Shown in pieces: positions 18,317 through 27,270 of a DNA stretch of 64,000 nt (the first letter of the stretch is position 1; each line of letters begins with the position of its first letter). The translations under genes were made by a program, and so were the position numbers. Below the pieces are notes generated by a model that was not told where the DNA came from, ran no database searches, and saw only the letters and a list, made by a program, of their open reading frames with translations. This DNA is from Acidobacteriota bacterium (GTDB lineage: Bacteria > Acidobacteriota > UBA6911). The DNA lies in the NCBI GenBank assembly GCA_963664705.1, contig OY761556.1, positions 5,184,001-5,248,000 of the forward strand, given 5' to 3'.

Positions 18317-20341
18317 ATGGCTAATTTTGGCAATTTCTGTCTCCTCTTTGCCCTTTGCCTTTCACTTTATGCGCTTTTCGCAGCCCTGATCGGTGGGCTG
18401 CAGCGGCAACACCAGATCGTCCGCAGTGCCGAGAACGCGGTCTATGCGGCCGGCGGCTGCGTTACGCTCTCGCTGGGTTCCCTGATCTACCTGCTGCTGT
18501 CGAACGACTTCTCGACATCTCATGTCGCCAGTGCCAGCAGTCGCGATTTGCCGGTTCTTTATAAAATTTCGGCCATTTGGGGTGCCCACGACGGGTCCAT
18601 GCTGCTGTGGGTGTTTTTTACCGCGCTGCTCTGTACGATTGTGGTCTTTCAAAACCGATTCCGCTACCGCGACATGATGCCTTATGTCATCGCGGTCCTC
18701 ATGTTTGATCTGTGCTTCTTCCTGGCATTGAATCTCTCACTGTCCAACCCGTTTACCCAACTGGTTCAGGTTTCTCCCGACGGCTCAATGCAGGCGTTCG
18801 CGCCGGCCGATGGACGTGGGCTCAATCCGCTGCTCCAGTTTTGGGCCATGGTAATCCATCCGCCGATTCTCTACGTGGGCTTTATCGGGTTTTTGATTCC
18901 TTTTGCCTTTGCCATCGCGGCGCTTCTGACCAGGCAGCTCGGAGACACCTGGATTCGGACAACGCGACGCTGGACGCTCTTAACCTGGCTGCTGCTTGGG
19001 CTTGGGCTGATCCTGGGAGGCAAGTGGGCTTATGTGGTTTTGGGGTGGGGTGGCTACTGGGGCTGGGATCCGGTGGAAAATTCCTCACTGATGCCATGGC
19101 TGGTCAGCACGGCTTTCCTTCACTCGGTTATTGTCCAGGAACGCAGAGGCATGCTGAAGGTGTGGAATGTGATTCTGGTTATGATCACCTACCTGCTCGG
19201 CATTTTTGGAACCTTCATCACGCGCAGTGGAGTGGTTTCCTCTGTACACGCATTTGCAGATTCCAAGCTGGGGAGTTTCTTCCTGCTTTACATGGCATTT
19301 GTTCTGTTTGCAGGCCTCTGGCTGATCGCCGACAGGCGCGCCTATCTGAAAAGCGATCGGCGCCTTGATTCCATTCTCTCGCGGGAAAGCGCCTTCCTGT
19401 TTAACAACCTTGTTTTTGTGATCGCCTGCTTTGCCATTCTCTGGGGCACCATGTTTCCGGTGATTTCACAACTGGTTCGGAAAACACAGATCACGGTGGG
19501 ACCGCCGTTTTTCAACAGCATCAACATCCCGATCGGGCTTCTGCTGTTGCTCTTAACGGGCGTCGGTCCGCTGTTTGCCTGGAGGAAAACCTCGTTCGAC
19601 AGTCTGAAAAAAGCTTTCTTCCTGCCCACGATTTTCGCCGTGATTGCCTGTATTGCTCTTCTTGCAGGAGGGATGCGGAATTTTTACTCGGTTATCTGCC
19701 TGACTCTGTGTGTTTTCGTCTTTATCACGATTCTGGAGGAATTCTACAAGGGGACGAGAATACGCGTCACGGGCAAAGGGGAAAACTTTGCCGCCGCGCT
19801 GGTGAATCTGACGCTCAAAAACAAGCGGCGCTATGGCGGATATATCGTTCACTTCGCCGTGGTCTTGATCTTCGTGGGGCTTTCCGGCAACGCCTTTAAT
19901 CGGGAAGAAACGCAGCAATTGACCAACGGTCAGGAAATGAAGATCGGCGATTACACATTAAGGATGGCCGGTTTCCGCGATGGAGAAACTTCGAGCTACC
20001 GGTTTGCCCAGGTTACCCTGGATGCCTATAAGGATGGAAAGCTGATCGACACGCTGAGGCCGGAGCAGCGCTTCTATAACACCAACGAGAGACAGACCCT
20101 GACAAACGTGGCGCTGCACAGCTCGCCGAAAGAGGACCTTTATGTGGTCCTGGCGGGAATTTCGGAAGATAGCGTCATCTGCCAGATCAAAGCATATGTC
20201 AACCCCCTGGTGTTCTGGATCTGGTTCGGTTCAGCCGTGATGTTTCTGGGCGCGATCATAACGCTCCTGCCGGACAAAACCGGACGCCCGGCACTTGTCG
20301 GCAGCAGTCGGCGCGCAGCAGAACCGGCGATTCAGGGCTAG
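18317..20341 (+). CDS. ccmF: Heme lyase CcmF
   Basis: GLNPLLQ, IHPP, WWD motif WAYVVLGWGGYWGWDPVENSS, TRSGVVSSVHAF. Confidence 0.97.
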   Translation: MANFGNFCLLFALCLSLYALFAALIGGLQRQHQIVRSAENAVYAAGGCVTLSLGSLIYLLLSNDFSTSHVASASSRDLPVLYKISAIWGAHDGSMLLWVFFTALLCTIVVFQNRFRYRDMMPYVIAVLMFDLCFFLALNLSLSNPFTQLVQVSPDGSMQAFAPADGRGLNPLLQFWAMVIHPPILYVGFIGFLIPFAFAIAALLTRQLGDTWIRTTRRWTLLTWLLLGLGLILGGKWAYVVLGWGGYWGWDPVENSSLMPWLVSTAFLHSVIVQERRGMLKVWNVILVMITYLLGIFGTFITRSGVVSSVHAFADSKLGSFFLLYMAFVLFAGLWLIADRRAYLKSDRRLDSILSRESAFLFNNLVFVIACFAILWGTMFPVISQLVRKTQITVGPPFFNSINIPIGLLLLLLTGVGPLFAWRKTSFDSLKKAFFLPTIFAVIACIALLAGGMRNFYSVICLTLCVFVFITILEEFYKGTRIRVTGKGENFAAALVNLTLKNKRRYGGYIVHFAVVLIFVGLSGNAFNREETQQLTNGQEMKIGDYTLRMAGFRDGETSSYRFAQVTLDAYKDGKLIDTLRPEQRFYNTNERQTLTNVALHSSPKEDLYVVLAGISEDSVICQIKAYVNPLVFWIWFGSAVMFLGAIITLLPDKTGRPALVGSSRRAAEPAIQG

Positions 20342-20423
20342 TAGACTTTGCGGTTGCCGCTTTCGCGTTTCCGACCCGAAATGCGAAGTCTGTAACCTGC
20401 AATTTGAAACCTAGGAGAAAGCA

Positions 20424-20864
20424 ATGCTGTGGATAGCATGCGCAGGGATCGTGGTGATCGCCGCACTCTATACGTTGCGGCCTTTGTTCAGGGCGTCTGA
20501 GGGAAACCTGGACATCGACCTGCTGGCCGAGACAGAACTCGACCGGCTGCTGGATCGGAAGAATGTGGTTTATAAGAATCTCCGGGATCTTGAATTCGAG
20601 CACAAGATGGGTCGGCTTACCGATCTGGACTTCCAGCAGCTGGCATCGGGGTATAAGGGAGAAGCCTCCTCCATCCTGCAGCGTCTCGATCAACTGCACG
20701 CGTCGGAAGATCTGGACGAGCGTATAGAAAAAGATATTGCCGCGCGAAAATCCAAGCAGACCGGCTCTGGAAAGAAAGAACGGGTTCCAGGACGCTGCCC
20801 TTCCTGCGGATCGGAAATCGTTTCGGGTAAAAAATTCTGTGCTGATTGCGGACAACGGCTCTGA
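20424..20864 (+). CDS. Membrane-anchored zinc-ribbon protein (CcmI-N-like)
   Basis: TM, LRDLEFEHKMGRL, C-terminal CPSCG...FCADCG; SD AGGAG. Confidence 0.75.
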   Translation: MLWIACAGIVVIAALYTLRPLFRASEGNLDIDLLAETELDRLLDRKNVVYKNLRDLEFEHKMGRLTDLDFQQLASGYKGEASSILQRLDQLHASEDLDERIEKDIAARKSKQTGSGKKERVPGRCPSCGSEIVSGKKFCADCGQRL

Positions 20865-20865
20865 T

Positions 20866-22062
20866 ATGAAAAAGACTTCTTTCGCAATTCTGTTGTTTTT
20901 GGTGGCACTTCTACCGGCCCAGGCGCAGCAGAACGGGGTTCTGGAAGGCAAGGTGATCAACAAAACCGACCCTGCCATTGTTGCCCGGAATGTGGAGCTT
21001 GAAGTGCTCGAACTGGGTGGAGGCATGAGCGTCATCAGATCCGCCAGGACGGATGCCTCCGGCAAGTTTCACATAGAGGGACTCCCGCAGGATCAGCGCC
21101 TGATGATTCGCGCAAATTATAAGGGCGCCAATTATCATTCGCAGGCAGAGTTCAGCGGGGGCAGGGCGAATGTGGACATCGCCGTGTATGAGCCGACCAC
21201 GTCCATGAAGGACATTGAGATTGGGGACGTCACGATTGCCTTTCAGCTGATCGGCAATCAGCTGAAAGTTCTTGAGACGGTGACGATCAACAATAAAACG
21301 AATCCGCCCAGAACTTACTCAAATCCTGAAGGAAGCTTCAGGATTTCCAAACCTCCAGGGATTCTGGAGCCGCCCAGGTTGCGCGTTACATCTCCCGGAT
21401 CGTCGATGCCACTGGTTCAATCCGCACTCGAGAGCCCAGACGGGAAAAGCTATTACAGCCAGTATCCCCTGAGACCCGGGGTTACACGATTTGAAGTTCA
21501 GCAGTTGCTTCCATACACAAACAACAGCTACACCTATGTGAAGACGTTTTACCAGGATGTAAAATCGCTGAATATTGGCGTAATTCCGCAAGACATGGCG
21601 TTATCCGGAAAAGGACTCACAAAAATCCAGACCGATACGCAGCGGAATTTTACAGTCTATGCCAGTGCTCCGGTTAAGGCCGGAAGTGAAGTTATATGGG
21701 ATTTTTCGGGAGGCACACCGGTCCAGGAAGCGGCGGAGCCTGAATCGTCCGCAGCGCCCGGCGGCGGTGCGGAAGTCACGGCCATGCCGAATATCATCGG
21801 ACGTCATGCGATGATTATCGGCCCGATGCTGCTGATGGGTTTTATCCTCATTCTCTGGTATGGATACAACCGGTCCCAGACGGCTTCCGCCTCTGACTTC
21901 CACATTCAGAAAATCAAGGAAAATCGGGAACAGCTGCTGGAAAGCATTGTGAGCCTGGAGCGCCAGTACGAAAGCGGCGGCATCAGCGAACAGGAATATT
22001 CGAAACAGCGCGAAGATAGCAAACGCCGCCTGCGTCGGATATCTCTATTGCTTAAAAAATAG
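20866..22062 (+). CDS. Exported carboxypeptidase-regulatory-like domain protein with C-terminal TM
   Basis: Signal peptide MKKTSFAILL..AQA, LEGKVINKT...RTDASGKFHIEGL, C-terminal TM then helical tail LERQYESGGISEQEY. Confidence 0.75.
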   Translation: MKKTSFAILLFLVALLPAQAQQNGVLEGKVINKTDPAIVARNVELEVLELGGGMSVIRSARTDASGKFHIEGLPQDQRLMIRANYKGANYHSQAEFSGGRANVDIAVYEPTTSMKDIEIGDVTIAFQLIGNQLKVLETVTINNKTNPPRTYSNPEGSFRISKPPGILEPPRLRVTSPGSSMPLVQSALESPDGKSYYSQYPLRPGVTRFEVQQLLPYTNNSYTYVKTFYQDVKSLNIGVIPQDMALSGKGLTKIQTDTQRNFTVYASAPVKAGSEVIWDFSGGTPVQEAAEPESSAAPGGGAEVTAMPNIIGRHAMIIGPMLLMGFILILWYGYNRSQTASASDFHIQKIKENREQLLESIVSLERQYESGGISEQEYSKQREDSKRRLRRISLLLKK

Positions 22063-22082
22063 TTCCCAGACGGGCAGCGCTT

Positions 22083-22159
22083 TGAAATCTGGATTCTCGA
22101 ACCTGGAATCTGAAATCTGAAATCCGAAATCTGGAATCCGAAATCTGGAATCTGAAATT
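22083..22159 (+). repeat. Heptamer tandem repeat, 11 units of (T/C)G(A/G)AATC
   Basis: tgaaatc tggattc tcgaacc tggaatc tgaaatc tgaaatc cgaaatc tggaatc cgaaatc tggaatc tgaaatt. Confidence 0.9.
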
Positions 22160-22161
22160 AA

Positions 22162-22860
22162 GTGCCTATGATTGAAGTCCAGGGTCTGGCTAAATATTTC
22201 GGCAAATTCACGGCGTTGCGCGGCCTGGATCTTCGGGTTGAAAACGGCCAGTTTATCGCGCTTTTCGGCAGGAATGGAGCGGGCAAGACAACGTTTCTTC
22301 GGATTCTTGCCGGCCTCTCGCATCCATCCGCCGGCAAAGTGACGATTTTGCCCCGCAGCGGCATTAAGCCGCGATATGTGCGCGGGTGTATCGGCTATCT
22401 GTCCCACAACACTTCCCTGTATGTTGACCTGACGGCACTGGAAAATCTCCGGTTTTACGCCCAGCTGCTGGGTATGCCGGCGCATGATGACTTTCTGCTT
22501 CAGCGTATAGACCAGGTGGGGTTGACCGGTCGCGAACAGGACCCTGTGCGCAATTACTCCCGCGGCATGCAACAACGGCTGGCTCTTGCGCGCGCCGTCC
22601 TGCATGATCCGGAAATACTTCTCCTGGATGAACCTTTTACGGGTCTGGATCAGCCGGGAGCCGACTTTTTAAAGCGGTATCTCCTGCAGGCTCATGCCGA
22701 CGGGAAGACCTGTCTCATGGCGATTCATGATGCCCAGCTGGGCTATGATATGGCCGACCGGCTTGTTGTGATTGATAAGGGTGTGGCCGCACTGGACCTG
22801 CAAAGAGCATCGCTGAGCTTTTCCGAGTTCAAGGGAAAATACGATCTGGTAATGCAGTGA
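22162..22860 (+). CDS. ccmA: Heme exporter ATPase CcmA
   Basis: GRNGAGKTT, YSRGMQQR, LLDEP; position in ccm operon. Confidence 0.9.
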   Translation: MPMIEVQGLAKYFGKFTALRGLDLRVENGQFIALFGRNGAGKTTFLRILAGLSHPSAGKVTILPRSGIKPRYVRGCIGYLSHNTSLYVDLTALENLRFYAQLLGMPAHDDFLLQRIDQVGLTGREQDPVRNYSRGMQQRLALARAVLHDPEILLLDEPFTGLDQPGADFLKRYLLQAHADGKTCLMAIHDAQLGYDMADRLVVIDKGVAALDLQRASLSFSEFKGKYDLVMQ

Positions 22861-22872
22861 GTCTGTTCGATT

Positions 22873-23541
22873 ATGACAAAAATCTGGGCGGTATTTCGGA
22901 AAGACCTGCTGATCGAATTGAGGACGAAGGACACGCTCAATTCGATGCTTTTTTTCGGCGTGGTTGTGCTGGTTGTCTTCAACTTCGCCCTGGCCTCCCT
23001 GCGCGAATCTATTGGGCCGGCCGTGCCGGGAATCCTCTGGGTAGCGTTTGCGTTTTCCGGGACGCTGGGATTGAACCGCATGTTTGCTTCCGAAAAAGAA
23101 AACGGCTGTCTGCAGGGACTGCTCATGCTGCCCATCGATCGGGGGGCGGTCTATTTCGGGAAAATGCTGGCAGTAACGGTCTTCATGCTGATCTCCGAAC
23201 TCATCATGTTTGTCGTCACGCTGGTATTCTTCAATCTGACAGTCTGGCGCGAAATTCCTTACCTGATTCTGGTATTCTTAATTGGAACGCTGGGATTCAC
23301 GGCTGTGGGAACCCTGCTATCGGCAATCGCGGTCAACACAAAGCTGAGGGAGGTGCTTCTTCCCCTGATACTGTTCCCGGTCATTCTTCCGATCCTGGTA
23401 AATGCGGTGGAGGCAACGAATATTATCCTGAATTCGAATGATTACGGCGCGCTGCGTCTTCCGCTGACCGTAATGTCCGTTTTTACCATCATATTCGGGA
23501 CAATATCCTATATTCTCTTTGATTATGTTCTTGAGGATTGA
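22873..23541 (+). CDS. ccmB: Heme exporter permease CcmB
   Basis: KDLLIELRTK, FASEKENGCL, REVLLPLILFP. Confidence 0.92.
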   Translation: MTKIWAVFRKDLLIELRTKDTLNSMLFFGVVVLVVFNFALASLRESIGPAVPGILWVAFAFSGTLGLNRMFASEKENGCLQGLLMLPIDRGAVYFGKMLAVTVFMLISELIMFVVTLVFFNLTVWREIPYLILVFLIGTLGFTAVGTLLSAIAVNTKLREVLLPLILFPVILPILVNAVEATNIILNSNDYGALRLPLTVMSVFTIIFGTISYILFDYVLED

Positions 23542-23543
23542 AG

Positions 23544-24230
23544 ATGGGCGAAAGGCGATCAGGCATTGATATTGCGCTTGCATCCATACTGCTTCCCGGA
23601 ATGATTCTCGCTTTATATATGGCTCTGATTCAGGCTCCACGGGAAGCGACCATGGGCGACCTGCAGCGGATTTTCTACTTTCATGTTCCGGCCGCAATCG
23701 CCGGAATGACGGCGTTTGCCATCAACTTCGTCTGCTCGATTACGTATGTAGTGCGGCGGAATCGATGGTGGGACAATCTGGCACTGTCTGCTGCAGAGGT
23801 TGGAGTGATGTTCCTGATGATCGTCCTGGTCACGGGACCCATCTGGGCCAAGCCGGCGTGGTTCGTGTGGTGGACGTGGTCCCCTCGTCTGACCCTGTCG
23901 CTCGTTTTGTGCCTGCTGTATATCTCTTATCTGCTGATACGAAATTATATCGAAGATCCTGAGAAAAAGGCCCTGGTCTCAGCCGTTTTTGGAATCATTG
24001 CCTTCGCGGATACTCCGCTGGTCTGGTTTTCCATCCGGTGGTGGCGCGATATCCACCCTTCACCCATGCTCGAAACCGGGGGACTCGCCCCATCCATGCG
24101 CCCTGCGTTTTTTGTCTGTATGGCCGTGTTTTTTATCCTGATGGTATTTCTACTGCGCCGGCGTTTTTATCTGCAATCCTTGCGGGGTGATTTGGAGTTG
24201 CTCGAGCGTCAGGCGGATGCCGCACGATAA
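23544..24230 (+). CDS. ccmC: Heme exporter CcmC
   Basis: RIFYFHVP, TGPIWAKPAWFVWWTWSPRLT, SIRWWRDIHP. Confidence 0.93.
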   Translation: MGERRSGIDIALASILLPGMILALYMALIQAPREATMGDLQRIFYFHVPAAIAGMTAFAINFVCSITYVVRRNRWWDNLALSAAEVGVMFLMIVLVTGPIWAKPAWFVWWTWSPRLTLSLVLCLLYISYLLIRNYIEDPEKKALVSAVFGIIAFADTPLVWFSIRWWRDIHPSPMLETGGLAPSMRPAFFVCMAVFFILMVFLLRRRFYLQSLRGDLELLERQADAAR

Positions 24231-24242
24231 GGACGGATTTCT

Positions 24243-24407
24243 ATGAATACAATGCCCTACCTGTTTTCTGCGTACCTGGCAATCTGGATTATTCTGGCCG
24301 TCTACCTCTATTCAATCTGGTCGAGAGAAAAGAAGCTCCGCGATGAGGTTCAGCGCCTGAAACAGTTGCTGGAACGCCGTCAATCACCCACGGATAACCC
24401 GCGCTAG
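24243..24407 (+). CDS. ccmD: CcmD family small membrane protein (54 aa, not in the ORF track)
   Basis: Manual translation MNTMPYLFSAYLAIWIILAVYLYSIWSREKKLRDEVQRLKQLLERRQSPTDNPR*; TM plus charged tail, directly after ccmC. Confidence 0.85.
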   Translation: MNTMPYLFSAYLAIWIILAVYLYSIWSREKKLRDEVQRLKQLLERRQSPTDNPR

Positions 24408-24512
24408 GAAGCTCCAGGAACTTCGAAATTTCGGATTTCCTAAGGATATCCCTACCGCCGGGATCTATAATTCTATACAATTCAAGCTGATAAAATCATT
24501 GAATACAGGAGT

Positions 24513-24791
24513 ATGCAAATGAAGTGGATGCGAGTATTGAGCGTTGGTGCAGCACTGTTGTTCAGTTTTCCCCTGTTCGCCCAGATAAAGCCCTGTGAAG
24601 AGTTAAAATCGGAGATCGAGACAAAATTGAAGGACAAGGGTGTAACCGACTATACCCTGGAAATAGTTCCTGCCGATCAGATCAAGGATCAGAAGGTTGT
24701 GGGCTCCTGCGACGGCGGCAAAAACAAGATCACCTATACAAAAGAAGCCGCGGCAAAGCCGGCCCAGGAAAAAGCGCCGGAAAAGAAGTAA
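24513..24791 (+). CDS. DUF1161 (YnfD-like) small exported protein
   Basis: Signal peptide; KPCEELKSEIE...YTLEIVP...VVGSCDGG; SD AGGAG. Confidence 0.85.
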   Translation: MQMKWMRVLSVGAALLFSFPLFAQIKPCEELKSEIETKLKDKGVTDYTLEIVPADQIKDQKVVGSCDGGKNKITYTKEAAAKPAQEKAPEKK

Positions 24792-24821
24792 CCGTCAGTA
24801 ACCTAACCTCAGCGTGTTTTG

Positions 24822-24856
24822 GAAGGCGGTGGCATGCCCACCGCCTTTCGTTTTTT
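24822..24856 (+). terminator. Rho-independent terminator
   Basis: gaaggcggtgg-catgc-ccaccgcctttc followed by T-run, between convergent genes. Confidence 0.8.
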
Positions 24857-24871
24857 ATCCACTGGGAGCGC

Positions 24872-27055
24872 TTACCGAGTCAGTTCCTGGATTACCGTAC
24901 GCGCCTCGTCTTCCAGGAAATCCCAAAGACCCAGCTGCTTCAGAGTATCGGGCATGGGTATGCCGGAAGCACTCCAGCCGCGTTCCTGGTAGTACACATC
25001 GATCAGCTTTCGAAGTTGTTCCTTCCGCAGTTTCATCAGGAGCTCGCGCTTCCGGGCTGTACCCATTCCGCCCAGATCCTGAGGGGATTTACCGAGTCGC
25101 TGGGCAAGATCTCCATCATTGAATATCAATTCGGACTCATAGAGCGCATCGTCGGTCGGCCCGATCGCCCTATCCGGAATCCAGTCAAACGCGCCGGTTT
25201 TCTGTCCGTAGTGAAGCACGTTCAGAATCCTTTGCAGGTTGATATCGCGATCCGTTTGAGCAAATATCTCTTCCCAACCAAGTTCGGTCCCGAGCATGCC
25301 GTTGTAGAAATCGGCATATATTTCCTGTGAGGCCGGGTTTATATAGATGTCGGTTCCGGTGCGCGCCGCGGATTCGGGATTGAACACATCCACCCACGGG
25401 AGTTTGCAGACCCCCATGTTGTCATTTCCGAGCCGCACCCGGGGATAGCTGATGAGCGCACGGGCCTTGGCTTCAAAAGTCGGAAAGGCGCCGAGAAGAT
25501 CCGCCTTGATGAGCCAGGCGGCCGCATGATGTGCGCCAATGTCGCTGGCCGCTGCATACGAGGCCTGCATCGAGAGTGAGCGGTGCGTCCGGTAGAACGT
25601 GAACGGCAATCCTTTGGCCTGCATGGCAAACGCTGTCAACTCCGGCAGGATGGAACGTCCATTATTCGCCGCGGCATACCGCTCGGCCACCCAGCGCATA
25701 GTCGTGTGGGTTCCCTGGCCCGCAGCGCGCGCCATTTCCGTCTGCCCATGCGCAACGCGGTGGATAAACTCCAGCGCTGATGTTTCGTCACCCCAGGTCA
25801 GCGCGATTCCTTCGCCATCTTCCCGGGATAGATATCCGCGCTGGAAGCATTCCATGAGGAAAGCCATGACACAGGAAGTTGTAATCGTGTCGATTCCGTA
25901 ATTGTCACAATGCCAGTTCGCTTCCATGATGAATTTGGGATTCCACACACCCAGGTTGGAACCAAATCCGGCAGCCGTCTCATACTCGGGGCCATCTACC
26001 CAGACTTTGCGTCCCGCATGTGCTCCACTTGTCAACGTCACCCAGCCGCCTTTGGTGCATTGCAGGTTGCATCCGGGAAAGCATCCATCCATGCCTCGAT
26101 GATCGAAGAGATGTTCTGCGTAAAACTTTCCGCAGATCTGCGGCGCTCTTGGATCGGAGCCTCCCTGGAAGTTGTGAACCGGCAGCGATTGATACTCATC
26201 CTTGCTCATGAAGGTGATGAGCCCGGCACTCCCTTTGCGATACATCTGCAACGATTGCGGATCCACTTCTTTGACGATTCTCTGCAGTTTCGATCCGGCG
26301 CGCTTTACTCGTTCCCAGTCTGCCGCTCCGTAGGGATTATCGCCATGCGGGTTGTCGGTGAGAACGATAATGGAACGGACACGCTTCCGGCTCATCACCG
26401 AACCGATCCCGGTGCGTCCGGCCTGCTTGACGCGGAAGAGCCCACGGTGTCCATCCACGGGCTTTGTCACGTCAAAGTAATGGCTGTTGATGCATCCATA
26501 GCTTGTGTTGGCCGCGCCAATACCGGTCGAGAGGAAGGCGATGTGACGTTTTTCATATCCCGCAGCAGTCAGCCGTTCCGCAATATCGCGCTCCAGATCG
26601 AAGGCCTCGTCATCGGCAGGGCTATCCTCGATGGTTATCTCGCCGGTGTACGCATTGACTACGATGATTACATCCCGGTCTGCAACCCCCGTCACCTGGA
26701 GCGCATCAAATCCCGCGTATTTCAGATAGGCACCGAAGTATCCGCCGAAATTGGACACGCCGGGGATTCCTGTCAATGGAGACAAGGAAACCGCCATTGC
26801 TTTTGCAGTGCCTGGAAACTGGGGGATTCCTCCCAGCGGGCCGTTGGCAATGATCAGCGGGTTTGCCGGATCACCCGGCAACGTATGGGAATTGATCGCT
26901 TTGTGCAGCAGATACAGGCCAAGGCTGCGGCCGCCAAGAAAGAAATCCCGAACTCGGGCATCCAGGTCCGGAGTCGTCATCGCTCCAGTCGACAGATCGA
27001 TATTGAGGATCCTGTTTGTATAGCCTCTCTGGATCGCTCCCCTGCAATATTTCAT
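24872..27055 (-). CDS. Aldehyde:ferredoxin oxidoreductase family (tungsten) protein
   Basis: ILNIDLS, FLGGRSLG, SPLTG, LKYAGFDAL, QAGRTGIGSVM, CFPGCNLQC, DGPEYET, DNYGIDTI, YYQERGW; ATG 27055 has a purine-rich SD. Confidence 0.92.
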   Translation of the reverse strand: MKYCRGAIQRGYTNRILNIDLSTGAMTTPDLDARVRDFFLGGRSLGLYLLHKAINSHTLPGDPANPLIIANGPLGGIPQFPGTAKAMAVSLSPLTGIPGVSNFGGYFGAYLKYAGFDALQVTGVADRDVIIVVNAYTGEITIEDSPADDEAFDLERDIAERLTAAGYEKRHIAFLSTGIGAANTSYGCINSHYFDVTKPVDGHRGLFRVKQAGRTGIGSVMSRKRVRSIIVLTDNPHGDNPYGAADWERVKRAGSKLQRIVKEVDPQSLQMYRKGSAGLITFMSKDEYQSLPVHNFQGGSDPRAPQICGKFYAEHLFDHRGMDGCFPGCNLQCTKGGWVTLTSGAHAGRKVWVDGPEYETAAGFGSNLGVWNPKFIMEANWHCDNYGIDTITTSCVMAFLMECFQRGYLSREDGEGIALTWGDETSALEFIHRVAHGQTEMARAAGQGTHTTMRWVAERYAAANNGRSILPELTAFAMQAKGLPFTFYRTHRSLSMQASYAAASDIGAHHAAAWLIKADLLGAFPTFEAKARALISYPRVRLGNDNMGVCKLPWVDVFNPESAARTGTDIYINPASQEIYADFYNGMLGTELGWEEIFAQTDRDINLQRILNVLHYGQKTGAFDWIPDRAIGPTDDALYESELIFNDGDLAQRLGKSPQDLGGMGTARKRELLMKLRKEQLRKLIDVYYQERGWSASGIPMPDTLKQLGLWDFLEDEARTVIQELTR

Positions 27056-27270
27056 TTTTCCCTTCCCATTGGATGGCAGTGGCAAAGTGGTAAACGATAA
27101 TTGCCTGACGGTCCGGGTGTCAAGCAAAACACCCAGCCCATCCAAGTCATCCATCCTGCTCTGTCCATTTCCTGTTCGCGACAGATGATCCCGGTTAGGA
27201 ATTAAGTAGCCTGTCCCAGGAATCCATCAACTATAATGTCTTATAAGTTCCGTGGGAAAAGGAGGCAACC

